DNA from: Podarcis liolepis
Taxonomy: Eukaryota
Assembly: GCA_965112155.1 (NCBI GenBank)
Contig: OZ218100.1
Direction: 5' to 3' (one strand)
Length of the DNA: 64,000 nt
Shown here: one piece after another, positions 50,697 to 64,000 of the stretch
Layout of the letters: each line of letters begins with the position of its first letter
Position numbering within the stretch: the stretch's first letter is position 1
Notes under the pieces: model-generated
Databases searched by the model: none
What the model saw: the letters and a program-made list of their open reading frames with translations, nothing else
Told to the model about the DNA's origin: nothing
Program-made: the position numbers and the translations under genes

Positions 50697-53390
50697 CGTT
50701 TCTCCCCTCTTAGTATGCTCTTAGTTGCACATGAGGATATTCAGGAGTACGGGAAAGTACAAAGAAGCACCATCAGGAAGGGATAGAGCTGCCAAGTCCT
50801 ATAAGCTTGCAGTCCTGGTGCTTCATTTTTAAAGCAACACACTGATTAGTTATAGGCAACACACTAACTACCTAGCCCAATAATGGCATGAAGAAAAGCA
50901 GGGCCACAATTCATTAGTCCTCTACATAGCAACATACTCAGCTCTGAACAGTAAATCTCAAGCTCAGAGGAGGTGCATTGCAGAAAGGTGATTACATAGC
51001 AATTGTGTCTGGGTGACTGAAACAAGTTGGCCAAGTTCAACTGTTTCAGGGAAGGGCAACCCAAACCATTCACTAGCCAATCTGGCCATGGGAACATTTA
51101 TTTCCAAATTGCCTCTGAGAGAATTTGCTCTAAATTTGCCTTACTGTGATTCTAGAAAAATAGAATCAAGCCCTTTTCTTCTTCCTTGGCAGTCTAATGG
51201 CTAGTTCACCACTGAGGGGATGCAATCTTGAGAGGATGCAGGATGGCTGTTGGGCTAGGTTTATGGGAAGGGATTGTTTATGAGAAATGGCATCTTCCTT
51301 GAAGATGTGCAGTTAATGTGATTTGCATGATCATGATGGTGCAACTGAACAAGTATGGTCCAGCCTTTAAAGATGTGGGAAGATGTGCATATTTTATGCT
51401 GATTCTGTGCATGAATGTACAGGTTGGTGCATAAGGGAGAGTGGGAGTTGAAATTGGCATGGAAAAGTGGGGGGGGGCACTTACCTAAGCAGAGAATTGA
51501 TATCAAAGTCTTGAGCCATTCAGTCTGACCTTCCACAGGTATAGAATGTGGTCTTGCTGCCTGAAAAAGAAAGCAGCAATTATTTTATGCTAGTGAAACG
51601 GGTGACTAAAGGTTTGTGTATGACACATTCAACTGAGCTACACTAAGTACCCCTTCTTCCTAAAGACATTTCTTGCTAAATATCACAGATTTCAGAATCA
51701 CATGGAAATCTATGATGCTCACTTACAAATTAGTGTGTTTGGGATCATGGCCAGAATGGGAAACTATTACGTTCTCCAAAAGACTCCAGCCAGTCTTCAG
51801 GGAAGTTATAGCTCTCTCTACTTGACCGAATACTAGGTTATCATGGCCGAAACCATGGGATGTTAACTGGATGTTCAGGCCAAATTCCTTTTCAATCAGC
51901 TAATTACAGCTTTCTCTGGAGATGCAACTGAATCTCGTATTATTCCTTTCCTTCCTTTGTTGCCAGCCCCAGAAACATACAAACAATGAGTCAGAGCTCA
52001 TTTGATTATTCCAAAATCACGCTATTGGAAAATGAACGTGCCCCATTACTTTGAATTCTAGGCTTTCTGTGCATGCTGTTTGGGATATATAACAGCTAGA
52101 AAGTAAAATAGTTACTGACTGGCTAGCATTTTGCACTACGTTGTTTCCGGGTTGGTCATGTGAATCTAAAACCCTCTGTGAACATTCTGGCTGTCAAACA
52201 ATCCAGAAATAAGGCTTTCCTTTCTGCCCCTCAGAAAAAAGGGCTTCCACAAGAATTCTGGAAAACCTGAAAAGAGGAAGGGCCTAGCAAACATTGTGCA
52301 CCTTTTTCATGAATTATTTGGGAAAGGGAGACATTTCTCTACACAGTGACCCTACTACAGCTACATCTTCTACTGTGTCCCATTCTTTATTTGCAGACTG
52401 ACATAGAAACGTGTCTCTGCTCCCTCCCACAGTTCTACCCTTAGTAATAATATTTAGTTCCTGAACCTTCTTAAAATGATTGTTTCACTGCACTGTTCCT
52501 GCAAGAGATCCCATTGGCTTTCCCCAGCATTGGTGTAGACAGAAGTCTGCTCAGACCACAGCATCCTGTAAAGATAGCCCAATACATTTGGCCTCTGAAG
52601 CAGAAAATCTGAGTGGTTCTACAGTGGGGTAAGAATTGTCAGTTTACTATCCCTTGCTTAAAGGCTCCCCCAAAAATCTGCCACCTGAAGTAGTCAACCT
52701 CACTCAGCCTAACGGTAGAGCTTGCAATTTCTGGTGGCGCCACAGAAACGGCTATGAGCAGCAGCAATTCCATATTGGTTATTTAAAAAAAAAAATGGAT
52801 TTGGGGACCAAACTTGTGCTTTTTATTTAATTCAATAGCCCTTACATTCTAGGTGGAAGCTATTTCTATAAGCTGCTACAATTTAAAGCCTTAATTATGA
52901 AACCACAGTCAGGTGAGCCCTATTCCTCTAGAAGCAAAGAAATGGAAATGGAGAAAGCAAGCTTTTACAATCTTCAAAACAAAGGCACAAAATGTTTATA
53001 GTGGGAATGAGATTGGTGCTTTTCTCCCTTAGGATAGGAGGGCTTTCATCCTTTTATTATGTTCTTTGTCTAAATAGCCCTTAATGATATGCTCCTACCA
53101 CAGCAAGGGATGTCAATTTTTAAAAACTGTTTAGCTCACGTAAGACTTTGCTAATCTGCACAGTTGGTAACCAGCACTGAAAGGGGATTTCCTTCTGGCA
53201 CCGAAGTATAGAGAGAGGAGTGCTTAACTGCAGGTTTATTTAAACTTCAAATTAACTCCTTTCTTCTGACAAGATGTGGAGCTGCAAGTAACGATCATTA
53301 TCAGACACACCTTTCACAGGCAAGACAGTGGACATTTGTCTCACTGGTTTTAAAAGCATAATTTGAGGCTCCTTCATCTCTGACAACAGG

Positions 53391-53619
53391 TATATTTATC
53401 TATTTATTACATTTTCACCTGGCTCTTCCTCCAATAAGTTCTGTGCCCCCCCCACCTCCAATACACCATTTTATCCTTGCAACAATTCTGTGAGGTGGGC
53501 TAGATGGGGAGATATGGGTTGGCCCAGGGTCACCCCACTGGTTTCACGGCTGAGTGGCCATTGGACTCTCCTCAGTCCTAATCTGACTGTCTTAACCACT
53601 ACACCACCACAATGGCTCT
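53391..53619 (-). mobile_element. Old tRNA/CORE-type SINE
   Basis: CTTAACCACTACACC head (antisense), GGCCCAGGGTCACCC core, AACAATTCTGTGAGGTGGGC. Confidence 0.6.
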
Positions 53620-53859
53620 TTCTGTTTCAGAGAGTTTGCAGCACAGTTTACAGCTTCTACTGTGTATGGCCTCATCACATCCCTGAAAGACAGGTCATAG
53701 GCTGTCAGACCCAGATGCAGAAGAGTTTGTGGAGGAAAAGGCTGAATGAAACATAAACTGCTAGCTTATCCTAAGCCAGACAATTAGTCCATCCAGCCCA
53801 GCACTGGCTACTCTGCCTGGTAGCATCTTTAACCAAGGCGTTTCCCATCACCTGTTATC

Positions 53860-53863
<4 letters not shown>

Positions 53864-53900
<37 letters not shown>
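53864..53900. repeat. (AC)n microsatellite
   Basis: Direct reading. Confidence 0.95.
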
Positions 53901-53901
<1 letters not shown>

Positions 53902-55085
53902 CCAATAAGGTATGCTAAGGATTAAAGTTCATATGTGCTCTACTCCTGACCTATCAAATAAGGAGCAGAGTTCTAGCTAAGTATACGCAAGGCACTGGAA
54001 GAGGCAATATTGAGGCAAGTCTGTGATAGGGAACAGAGGCTGGCGAAGTAACTTTTTCAGGCCAGATAGCAGGCCTGATTAGCAATTGTAGAGAACTGGA
54101 TTTTGTCTCATGAGTTATCCTGGCCTGTTAAGATTCACAAGGTTCTTGCACGTGCCTCCTTCAGCCTGAGCTCAGGGACAGCACCCAGCTTGAACTCCTG
54201 TCTGACAAACTCAGTGCAATGTGCTTGGTGCATGAATGAATACATAGCCCATAATACAGAAGGAGGCCAGTTCTTGAGGTCTAACCACTAGAGAAGGCTG
54301 TGTTCCTTCATCACAGGGAGAATAGCCCAGGCCTGGCACATAGAGGTTTATATAATATCTGCAGAGCAGGGTAAAGCCTGGCAGGCAGCAGTTGCAGTTT
54401 GGGTGACTTCAGCATTAGTTACTAGATAAGCCATGACTGGCAACCTCTCCTTGCTACACAGCTATTAAGTGTGCAGAATTACACTTCAACGCAGCCTTGG
54501 GGTTTCCATCAGCACTGGGCTTTGGCAGGCATAGACTACAGGCCAGCTCTTCCAGTCTTGCTTGCTCTGAAGTCAGGGGCCTTGAAACAGTCACCTCACA
54601 CACAATGTTCAGCCAACACAATAACATTTTAAATATCGTGATTTGAAGATTAAACAGGGGCCCTCTGTTTTATGAAAGAGCTCTCTGGCTCCATGGAACA
54701 CCATAGTCTTGTTAAGTCCTTTCCTTTAAAAAATAGAATAGAATCATCCACTGGTTGCAATGGGACTGGGATCCTCCCAGGAATTAAAAGGCTGTTGAAG
54801 AATGTTGCCTTGTCGTTTACAATGTCTGTCTCTCAAGTATTGGGTAATATGCAAAAGACTGCCAGACCTCTGTTCTGTTGAGTATCTTTTGACCTAGCAG
54901 AACTCTGGAGCAAATTCATCCGCTCTGTTATCTTCCACACAGCATGGGAACACCAACTGTAACTTCCCACCCTAATAAATAAAGGGGTGCTTTGGGAAGC
55001 CAGGGTCTGTGACTGTGGCAACATCAAAAGGGGTTTCTTCCCAACACTAAAGAAGTACTTGTCTTGCACCCCAATACCCCATAAA

Positions 55086-55209
55086 TTGTGGCCCTCCAGA
55101 TGTTGTTAGGCTCCAACTCCCATCAGTTCGAGCCAGCATGGACAATTGTCAGATATGATGGCAGTTGTAGTTCAACAATATCTGGAGGGTTGCAGGTTCC
55201 CCATCCCTG
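55086..55209. mobile_element. hAT-type MITE
   Basis: GGCCCTCCAGATGTTG...CAATATCTGGAGGG...TTCCCCATCCCTG palindromic structure. Confidence 0.7.
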
Positions 55210-55680
55210 CAACGCACCCTCCCTCCACACACACCATGTAAGGGGCATAAACTTACCAAGGGTGAAAAAAAGTGTCTGGATTATTTGTTTTTTTCTTTGT
55301 GGACTGGGAGGCGGAGGTCTTGCTGCTATTAATCACAGACAAGGGAATGTTTTTCTAAACTTCACAAGGCTAGATGAGTGCCTCACATTCAGAAAAACAT
55401 TAGAAGAAAACTCTGAGGCAAAAGTGGTTTCAAAATGGTGGGAGCTGTGAGGTAAAAAGCACTTATTTCAGTAGGTGCCTGTGACACCTCAGTTTAACTA
55501 CTGAGCTGGCTCAAGATATTTTTTTCTGACTAAGGTAGAACAACAGATGGCACGTCTGCCCTCACACAAGTCATGGTATACAGTACCTAAGGCTGGACGG
55601 GTTATTTTGGCACCTATGGCAAATAATACCATAAACCTTCCTTTTTACCTGGGCTTTTGGCTCTTAATTTGAAAGGTTTA

Positions 55681-55953
55681 CTTTGCTCTGGAGTGTAGGA
55701 CTCGAACCAATGGCTTCAAGTTACAAGTACAGAGATTCTGACTAAATATTAGGAAAAACTTTCTGACAGTAAGAGCTGTTGGACAGTGGAATGGTCTCCC
55801 TTGGGAAGTGGTGGGTTCTCCTTCCTTGGAGGCTTTTAAGCAGAGGTTGGATGGCCATCTGTCATGGATGCTTTAGCTGAGAGTCCTGCATTGCAGGGGA
55901 TTGGACTAGATGACCCTTGAGGTCCCTTCCAACTCTACAATTCTATGATTCTA
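55681..55953 (+). mobile_element. CR1 LINE 3' end
   Basis: AATGGCTTCAAGTTACAA...AGGAAAAACTTTCTGACAGTAAGAGCTGTT...GGTCCCTTCCAACTCTACAATTCTATGATTCTA. Confidence 0.9.
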
Positions 55954-56034
55954 CTTGTGGCTTCTTTTGGTGGGGCAAGATCTACTAGACCAGTCTTTAA
56001 TTAGTACAGGTATTTTGTTTTGTTTTAGTTGATT

Positions 56035-56036
<2 letters not shown>

Positions 56037-56085
<49 letters not shown>
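56037..56085. repeat. (TTA)n microsatellite
   Basis: Direct reading. Confidence 0.95.
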
Positions 56086-56086
<1 letters not shown>

Positions 56087-57784
56087 AATAGTTGATTGTA
56101 TTCATTGTAATTGGTTTTAGCATTTCTATTGTGTTTGTAAGTCTCTGTGAGTAAAGCAAGTATCATGTTTATAAAGAAATATTTATGGCACTCTTGCTGT
56201 AAGGTATGAGCTTCCTGCATAAAGATACCACAACATCACCCAGAGATGGAGAAGCATCATGAGAGTCTGCCCACACAGTGAGTTCTTTGTACCTCCAAGT
56301 GAGTGAAGTTTATGGCTTTGGCCCATCCCACTCAGGCATGGATAAAATGCATCCAGCTACTCATTACGCCATCAGAGCCTGGTCCAGAGATAACATTACT
56401 GTTGAGCTCTTGCTCTACACTGACTTCCTGCCCGCAAAGCATATGAATTTAAATATTTCATTAGCGATTGAGAGGCCTGTGCTGACCATATCTTGGAATC
56501 CTCTTATATCCCCCAGCTATTAAACGTAAGCACTCTGCTTTGTTTCTGTGTGCATGTGCGCACTACAGTTTTCAAAATAAGATAAAATAGTGAGGGGAGG
56601 GGAGGCAAGGAGGCGGTAGCAGGTGAAAACCTTTTGGTAGCTGTACCACAGCTTCTGTGTGATATCTCTGATCTTAGCTACAGTAGGGCCAGCAGATGTT
56701 GCCATTTAAATGGAAGACTTTGGGAGATGAATACCCTGGCTGACTTTGATTTAGGGGAGGGATGTCAAATAGTTGTGTGCCACATTCTTCCTGTATTATT
56801 ATGCTTCTTAGTACCAGGTCTCCATTTGCCATGGATACAGCCATGGCATAGGGCTATCATTAGTTTCCATGGAAACCATGCCTTCTAGAGGGGAAAGAGA
56901 TGCAAACCAAGGACAAAAACACAAATAAACAAGATAAAGAATATGCAGTGATACAGGGTGCTATAAAATTTTTATTGGCACTTATTTGGAAAGACTGGGC
57001 AAGCGAACAGCAATAAAATTTTATACCATAATGAGCACTTTTCTCCAGTTTTGCAGCAGAGGAAAAAGAAAAACGAAAAACAACAATCTAAGGAAGGAAA
57101 ATCAGACTATTACTGGCCACACTTGTTTATCACATTAGATTCTATGGCTTTAGAAAATACCATCACAAATATTGTTCTGTACAGTCAGAAAGATGTGACC
57201 CTAAGCAAACCTGCTCTTCTACTCTCAAACATTTCTAAGCAAATGTCTGCTGTACCCTGCAAAGTCTGCCTGCCAACATGTACAGCCCACTCCTATACCC
57301 AGTCAGAAGGAACAAAAACTCAGGTTTATCCACACTAAGAGAAATGTTTTGTTTTTGTTTTTAAAAAATTAAAGTTCTGTGGAAAGAAGACTCTTGGGGA
57401 AGGGGAAATTTTAGGTGAACCCCATAGTGTTGGGGTGGGAAGATAACAGATTCCCCCTAAAGTGCCTGGAATTAGCTTGTATCATGTACATGAGCTATGG
57501 TCAGCAGGCTATACTAGCCCCTGCAGTTAATATGTGCTTTTGAGAGCTAATGGGAAAAGAAGACATCAGTTTGGCAGAGGGAGGGAGACAGATTGTAATG
57601 AGAGGATGAAGATGAAGATGAAGAGAACAGGTACTCATTGTATATGCAGGAGTCTACAAGGTGACTCACATGGATGTGCATATGCAGCACACATCCATTT
57701 TTAAAGGGGGAACCCCGAAGTTGTTGACCTTTTTTTACGGAACTGATACCATGCTTATCTCTGCTCAGGAAAAGAAAACAGGAA

Positions 57785-58121
57785 ACATATGGAGCCCAGC
57801 GCAACAAACCAGTCCAAGGCGTCAGCATCAGCGACTGAGCAAAGCTGGGCATCTTGTGGTGTAAGCAGCGTGCAATGGGCCAATCCCAGGCGTGCAGGAG
57901 GGAGGAGCTGGCCAGCCACCTGAGCACCTCGCTGGCTCGCTCACCCCCAAACTCACGGTGCAGAGGCATCTGCAGTAGAAGAGCCTGCCGCGATGCTCCG
58001 ACCGACGGGCGGGCTCTTCCCTGGACTCCGACTCTCAGGCTCCAGACTCTTGGCCTGGCACCCCTGAGAGCCCGGCACCCGAGTGCCCCGCACCCCTGGT
58101 GCCTATGGTTAAGACGGCCCT
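57785..58121. mobile_element. GC-rich, probably PIF/Harbinger-type non-autonomous element
   Basis: Ends in CCTATGGTTAAGACGGCCCT (GGCCC terminus typical of Harbinger TIRs); left TIR not clearly found. Confidence 0.45.
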
Positions 58122-58149
58122 GAATGTGCATGATTATGAAGAGGCATGG

Positions 58150-58690
58150 TTGCCTCACAGAAAATTTCATTTCCCAGAAAATGGAAGAAGCTACAAAAGG
58201 GTCATATCTCTTGGACCTGGTCCTCTCCAACAAGGAGGAACTGATTGATGAAGTGAAAGTCCAGGGAAGCTTGGGAGGAAGTGATCATGTCCTCTTGGGT
58301 TTCATGATACACAAGCAAGCGAAAGCTAACTAGTCGGATGTGCACTCTGAACTTTAAGAAGACTGATTTCAGAAAGCTTAAGGAACTACTGAGTGAAGTC
58401 CCATGGTCAGAATACTCAAAGAAAAGAGTCCAAGATGGATGGGAGTTTCTTAAAGGTGAAATACTGAAGGCACAAAGGAAGACAATTCCAACAAGAAAGG
58501 AAAGAGGCACCTAAATGTGTGGCTGCATAAGGAGCTTACAAATGGACTGAGATGTAAGAAGGGAACATGTAAGAAATGCAAGGAAGGAGAAATCACAAAG
58601 GAACTGTTGCAAGTAGCCAACAGTTGCAGAAAGAAGGTCAGATGGGCGAAAGCTCAGAGTGAGCTCAGGTTTGCAAGAGAGGTTGAACAA
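58150..58690 (+). mobile_element. CR1 ORF2 fragment (end of APE endonuclease and linker), degraded
   Basis: NFISQKMEEATKGSYLLDLVLSNKEELIDEVKVQGSLGGSDHVLL (LDL...GSDH motif), then LNFKKTDFRKLKELLSEVPW. Confidence 0.85.
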
Positions 58691-60504
58691 ACAAGCAAAA
58701 AGCCCTACATTGCCAGGGACATGAGTGCTTCAAGAACTGTCTCTTCTCATATGAATATGTCCTCTGTTTGACTACAAAGACCTTTCTCAGTGTCTTCCTC
58801 TCTCCTCCCCTCCTCTCTCCCAAAATGCAGTGGGTGTCCATAAGGGAAAGGCTTTTTCTGTTGGGGCACCCAGACTGTGGAATAGCCTGCCTAGAGAGGT
58901 ATGCTTGGCTTTTTAGGATGTTTAGAGACAGCGAACAGTACTCTTTGAGTGACCTTGTGTACACTGCTGTTCATTCATGAAATAAATGCATGGAAAATCC
59001 ACCAGACAAGTGTGATCCTTCCGCCTGATTTGGATGGAACGATGACTCCATCTTGCACATCACTAAATATGAGAAAATGATCTTAAAAAGATGGCATGCG
59101 TTTTTGCATATTGCTAATTTATATTTATAGAGGCAAAATTATAAATAATTACTATATAGAAATTTCATATGTATCACCATAGTAGATTGTGACCAGGCAG
59201 CCAGCATGTCTACTCAGTCTGCTATCTAGGTATTAACTGCTGATGGGTGACTTCAAGGTCCCTGTTCTCCTCTTGTTGGCTCTTTATCTTTAAACAGGAC
59301 TTGGGCAGGACAGCCCTTCAAACAGTTGACTCCTTCAAAGAGAGGTCCGGCCTCTGCAAAGTAGGGCACAATGCTCACCCACCCTTGACCAGCCATGTGT
59401 ATATTAATGCAAGTGCTTACCCAGCTCATACAGCTCATACACCACTTCCATGGTGTCAAGTTCAAAAATTTGGTCATCACCTGACATGACCAGTTGAGGA
59501 GAATATGCAGTCCTAGCATCATTCATATTGCATCTTACATGAACCCGGTGAGCTATGTGAATTCTTACTTGTGGCACCTGAATTGCACAGGGTATCATAT
59601 GCAGATGTCCTCAAGACTGGCCCTGGCCCGGCTAAGGTTCAGCAGGTTATTGCAGGCCCGAAATGTCAAATCTGGGCCACAGTTTTTCTAGTATTGTTCA
59701 GCACTGCATTGGTTTATCTGTAACTCTGATTGGAAGGCAAATGTTCACTCAGTAGGCTACAAAGGGCTTTCTGCTGCCTCTATTGTATACTACTTCTCTC
59801 TTATTTAATACACTGCAGTAGCTGAAAGTATGGCTTAGAATGAGATCCGCATATTTTCTTCAAAGGTTAGGCAACAGCTTTTTTCTAAAGACAGCCAAAT
59901 GTGACAAAAATGTCACCATTTTAAAAGGCACTTTTATTTAAGAAGGTCCAATCGTGAGCCAACCATTTTGTGGAATTGCAATCAAATAATTGTAGAAATT
60001 TTAAATTTGTTTTTAGGAGTAACCTTTTGCATTTTTTTCCATTGTATATTGTGGTGTTCACTGCTTAGGTAGCTTCTGGCAGTGAAGAAGTTTATAAATC
60101 TGTGAAACAAATGAACAAAATAGTGAGGAAGCTTTTGAACTCTCCAAAAGTCTTCAGGCTGGGTGCTAAGTAAATTGGGGGAGGGGAGAAACTGAGGGGG
60201 AAGCTTGATGTTGAAGCCACAAAGTCTGCATTTAGTCACAGTAGCAAGATAGAGTGTAGGATGAGCTAGCAGACTTTATTGGATTAGGATCAACTAGGTG
60301 TCATGCTAGGATTGCTGGGGCAATGAAACATACAAGAGCTAATCCCACAGTTTTGAAAATATAAAATCCAGCAGTTACTCAGCTCCATCCTAAAACTGTG
60401 ACTAAATGTAGACTTTGTGGCTTCAAAATCAAGCCAATTTTTACTCTCTCTCCTCCTAACCATGGATTCTGGATTATTATTTTTAAGGATGAAAACAGCT
60501 TTCT

Positions 60505-60546
<42 letters not shown>

Positions 60547-60550
60547 TGTG
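60505..60550. repeat. (CT)n(GT)n compound microsatellite
   Basis: Direct reading. Confidence 0.9.
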
Positions 60551-63500
60551 TTGGAGAATATTTATTTTCTAGTATACTATGTTCCTGCACCAGCACTGCA
60601 CAAGTTGGAATGGGAGGAAATGCAGACGTCACACAGAATCAGTTTCCTCAGGAGATGCTTATTGGTGGTAAAGCTGGTGGCAGGTGCTCTTCTTTTTGCA
60701 TCCCTCCCTTCGATATATAATTAAATGCAGCATACTAGGGTCCCTTTAAACATCATGACCTCCCTTACGGTCCACTGCAGTCTCTTAACAGCAAGCAATA
60801 GTGTTTTCCTGCATAAGCATCTATAAGACATGGTTTGTTTATTTGCCCATTTAATCCAATATTATCTTCAATAATACCCCCCTTCAAAGTATACTTATAT
60901 TATATGTAAAACAAGTAAAATATGAATTAGTCCTGCATTTGGCACACTTTAGCTGCCCCCCCCCACTTCCTTCTTGGTGAACCACTAGTAAACATTAAGG
61001 TCTTCGATTAACCATAGTTTTCTGTTAGTGCAGAAATGGGAACCTATGATTACCAGGTTTGGAACAAGCCAGAATCAAAACTCAAACCATGGCTTAAAAT
61101 CCTGGTTTGTTCTGAACCTAGTAACCACAGTTTCCTGGTTTGACATGACAGGAGATTATTGTTAGTTGGTCTTCCTTATTTATCCTTGTGCCATGAAGGG
61201 AAAGGGTGGCACAAAGACAGAGTGTCTGGGCAGACTAGTTCAATATATACACAGCTTTTGGAAGGGTGAATTTTTGTCAACCAAGAAAAAGAAGGCTTGT
61301 CTGAATAGTTCCCAAGTATAATCAGTACAGCTTGCATGTGAAGTTGTTCAACCTGATCTGAAGAAACAAAAGTGAATGCACAGACCACTGCTTTGCCCTT
61401 GAGTTCCAATGTGATTCTGCTCCTCTCAATCCCAGCAAACTGCCGTACCAGGCAAATTATTTAAGCAACACAGAGCTGACCCTAATCTTCCTTTGGTGCA
61501 ATGTAAACCCCGGAACAAATGAAGAATTCAGTGACTGTACCATAGAGCAGTAATTACAGCTTATCTATTAGGAGTACGTCTTGGTTACATGGCAAGCCTG
61601 TGCTGCAAAAAAAAATAAATCCTACCTATAGTGATGGATTTAATTTTTGAACAACTCCTGGGAAACCGTATCGGCAGCTGTGAAATAGGGCTGAGCTGGT
61701 TTGATTTCTGCTATCACACACGACTGATTTGAAAGAGAGGGATAGCCGTTGAGTTTTCTTTGACTCCAGATACTTCAAACAGCCCAGGAAATTTTGTCTC
61801 CTTTTCTTCAGCATGTGAACTGAAATTGACCAGTGATGCATACTTATGCATACCACCAATTGAGCAGTGCAGATTTCTCATACTGCTGAAGTAGCTCTGG
61901 ATGGAAACATAAGAGAGTTGCTTTACGCCAATTCAGACCATTCATCCATCAATAGTGTCAACACAGTGACAGTGGCTCGCTAGGATTTCACACAACTTTT
62001 CCAACCCTACCTAGAGCTTGAACTGGAGACCTCTGGTGTGAGACACAAGTGCTGCGCAGTGGACCCATCGTCTTTCCTAATCAAAAGCGAGGGACTGGCC
62101 CCCCAATCAGAGTTCTTGGCTGATCAGAGTTTGTTACCCTGGCCTCAGTCTGACACTAACTACTACAGCAGGGGTGGGAAACCTGGAGGGCGCATTCCTT
62201 CATGGAGAACCTTCTGGAGGCCACAAGCCATTGGGGATGCAAAAGGAGTAGCAAAAGTGACCCCTAAATTTGCACATCCACATAAAGGTCAGTGGTTTCT
62301 ACACACATTTATATCTCCCTGTTCTCCAAGCAAGAAACATTATCAAGTTTCAGTGTTATTTCCCAACCCAGCAAAGGCACTCAAAAGGGGTGTGAAGGAG
62401 AGCCAGTGAGGGGTGTGACCTAGCAAAAGTGCCTGGCTTAGGGTGAGTCCTGAGGGCTTGTTGTTGATGTTTTTGTTAATTGCTTTGCATCTAGAAGGTT
62501 CCATGTTCAGTTCCTCATTTCTCTCTGGCTTTGAATTTCCAGCTGCAAAAGACCAGTCCCAGAATCTCTGGAGAAGTGCAACCAGTTGGAGTAAATAATT
62601 CGGCCAGATCTGATAAGGCAACTGAATTTAATGAAGACTGTTCTTCATTAAAAACAATAGAACCACGGAGCAGTTTTCACAGTACAAATAAAACCTATAA
62701 AATCCCATCACATCATTAGGATATCAACACATACTGTACATTAACCCAATTGTACAGTACACATTCACAATACCAATAGAAAACCAATGGCCTAACACCC
62801 AGCATTTAAAATGTGAATGAACACATTTTAACCTGACAACAAAAGCTGGACACCTGACACACCTTGAAAGGTAGAGTGCAACACCTATTGGTGAGACCAA
62901 AACAACAACCCTCAAAGCAGTTAAAACAATAAAATCAAGCAAAATTCACATTGTCAACTTAAGTTGGTCTCAGAAGCATATGCAGATCCTGGAGAGTAGG
63001 TGTATACTGACTCAGACTGGGGGAGAATGTTGGGCAATGAAGTGGGGAGTATGTTATAGTGAGGAATATGAGAGCATGGGCAACTGTGGGGTGCTTGGGG
63101 TGCTCCTAGGCCTCCTGTGACAATGGTGGATCCAAAAGTACCTCCATGCTAAACAATTGCTCCTTCCAAAGAAGCACGAGCCCATCCAGAGCAAGCTCAT
63201 TTTCCAACTCCCAGACATGGAACTCACTCACACTCAGGCAAAATGTCCCACCTAACCCCACTGTTCTGTGATCTACAGAGGAAGAGGGGACTTGCTCCAG
63301 TTGCCTGGGACTTGATATGACTAATGGGCCATGATAGGAAAAGGAAAGTGGCTCCTCTACTTCACCACAACGCGCACAGAGAGCACAATACATGCTAGGT
63401 GCAGGCAAGAGCCAGAGGGTTAAACCCTCTGCAGTGCCCAGAATCAGCGCAGAACAGATTGACTTCTTTGGGCCTTTTGTTACTACCGTGTCTAATGCCT

Positions 63501-64000
63501 CACAAAAGCAACAGCCGCCAACATCAAGGGACCCAGCAAGTGATCTGGATCCTGTGAAGTCTCTGATCAAAGCGGAGCTTTCGGGATATCAAAGCAGGTT
63601 GAACAGAACACGGTCTAGTGATATGATATGAGGGACCGGATTTAAGGCGACCACGTGACACCTTTTCATACACCTATTTATGTCAGCTTAAAAAACAAAG
63701 TAGGCCCTTTGATGATATTGCCCCTTTAATGGATTTAATGGTACTGCATTAGCTGCTGGCTGGTAAATGATGAGTTTTTAATAGCCTCATATAACTTGGC
63801 TTGCACGGCCCTTATCATGAATCTTGGAAGGACAGCTAAAGCAGAGGTCAATCGAGGGAACAAGCCTGCAGGAAGCCTTGGGATTCAGGGTAAGCTTGCA
63901 CCAGGGTCTCCGAAAACACACACAATTGAGCGGATGAGTTTTTCAGCACTGCTATGTGAGCGACCCTGATGTTCCATTTTTATCAGAAAGGTCTTCCATC

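Larger units (their letters stand above)
50205..64000 (-). other. GREM2: GREM2 intron 1 (non-coding first exon probably outside window)
   Basis: Acceptor at 50205; in mammals GREM2 has a distant 5' UTR exon; no convincing promoter/exon 1 seen here. Confidence 0.7.

Noticed and set aside
57547-58233. Longest ORF in the window (228 aa, - strand)
   Set aside because: Spans the antisense of a CR1 fragment and a GC-rich repeat; no recognisable domain

Overview
Vertebrate genomic DNA, almost certainly from a lacertid lizard, judged from Sauria/POM-type SINEs, Bov-B, Squam-type SINEs, CR1/L2 remnants and hAT/mariner MITEs. The window holds the 3' part of FMN2 (formin-2) on the + strand. I reconstructed seven GT-AG exons by hand (866-925, 2000-2120, 11306-11398, 17182-17233, 26726-26875, 38905-38986, 40184-40210). 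They splice in frame to 194 aa plus stop, covering the C-terminal FH2 region and the Spire-binding FSI tail. Facing it tail-to-tail on the - strand is the single coding exon of GREM2 (gremlin-2/PRDC, 49691-50203, 170 aa); its first exon was not found and probably lies beyond the right edge. The rest is intron or intergenic sequence rich in transposon relics. Nearly all ORFs in the supplied track are spurious or TE-derived. The most interesting unexplained signals are: a candidate stop-containing (poison or truncating) FMN2 micro-exon at 21203-21232 surrounded by neural splicing-factor motifs; an inverted pair of young Sauria SINEs bracketing a single symmetric FMN2 exon (circRNA/skipping geometry); a stop-loss-like extension and P77A change in GREM2; a perfect CTCF core and a long hairpin between the converging 3' ends; and candidate GREM2 enhancers by analogy with the paralogous FMN1-GREM1 locus. 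Gene and repeat-family identities rest on my recall of known sequences, not on database searches.
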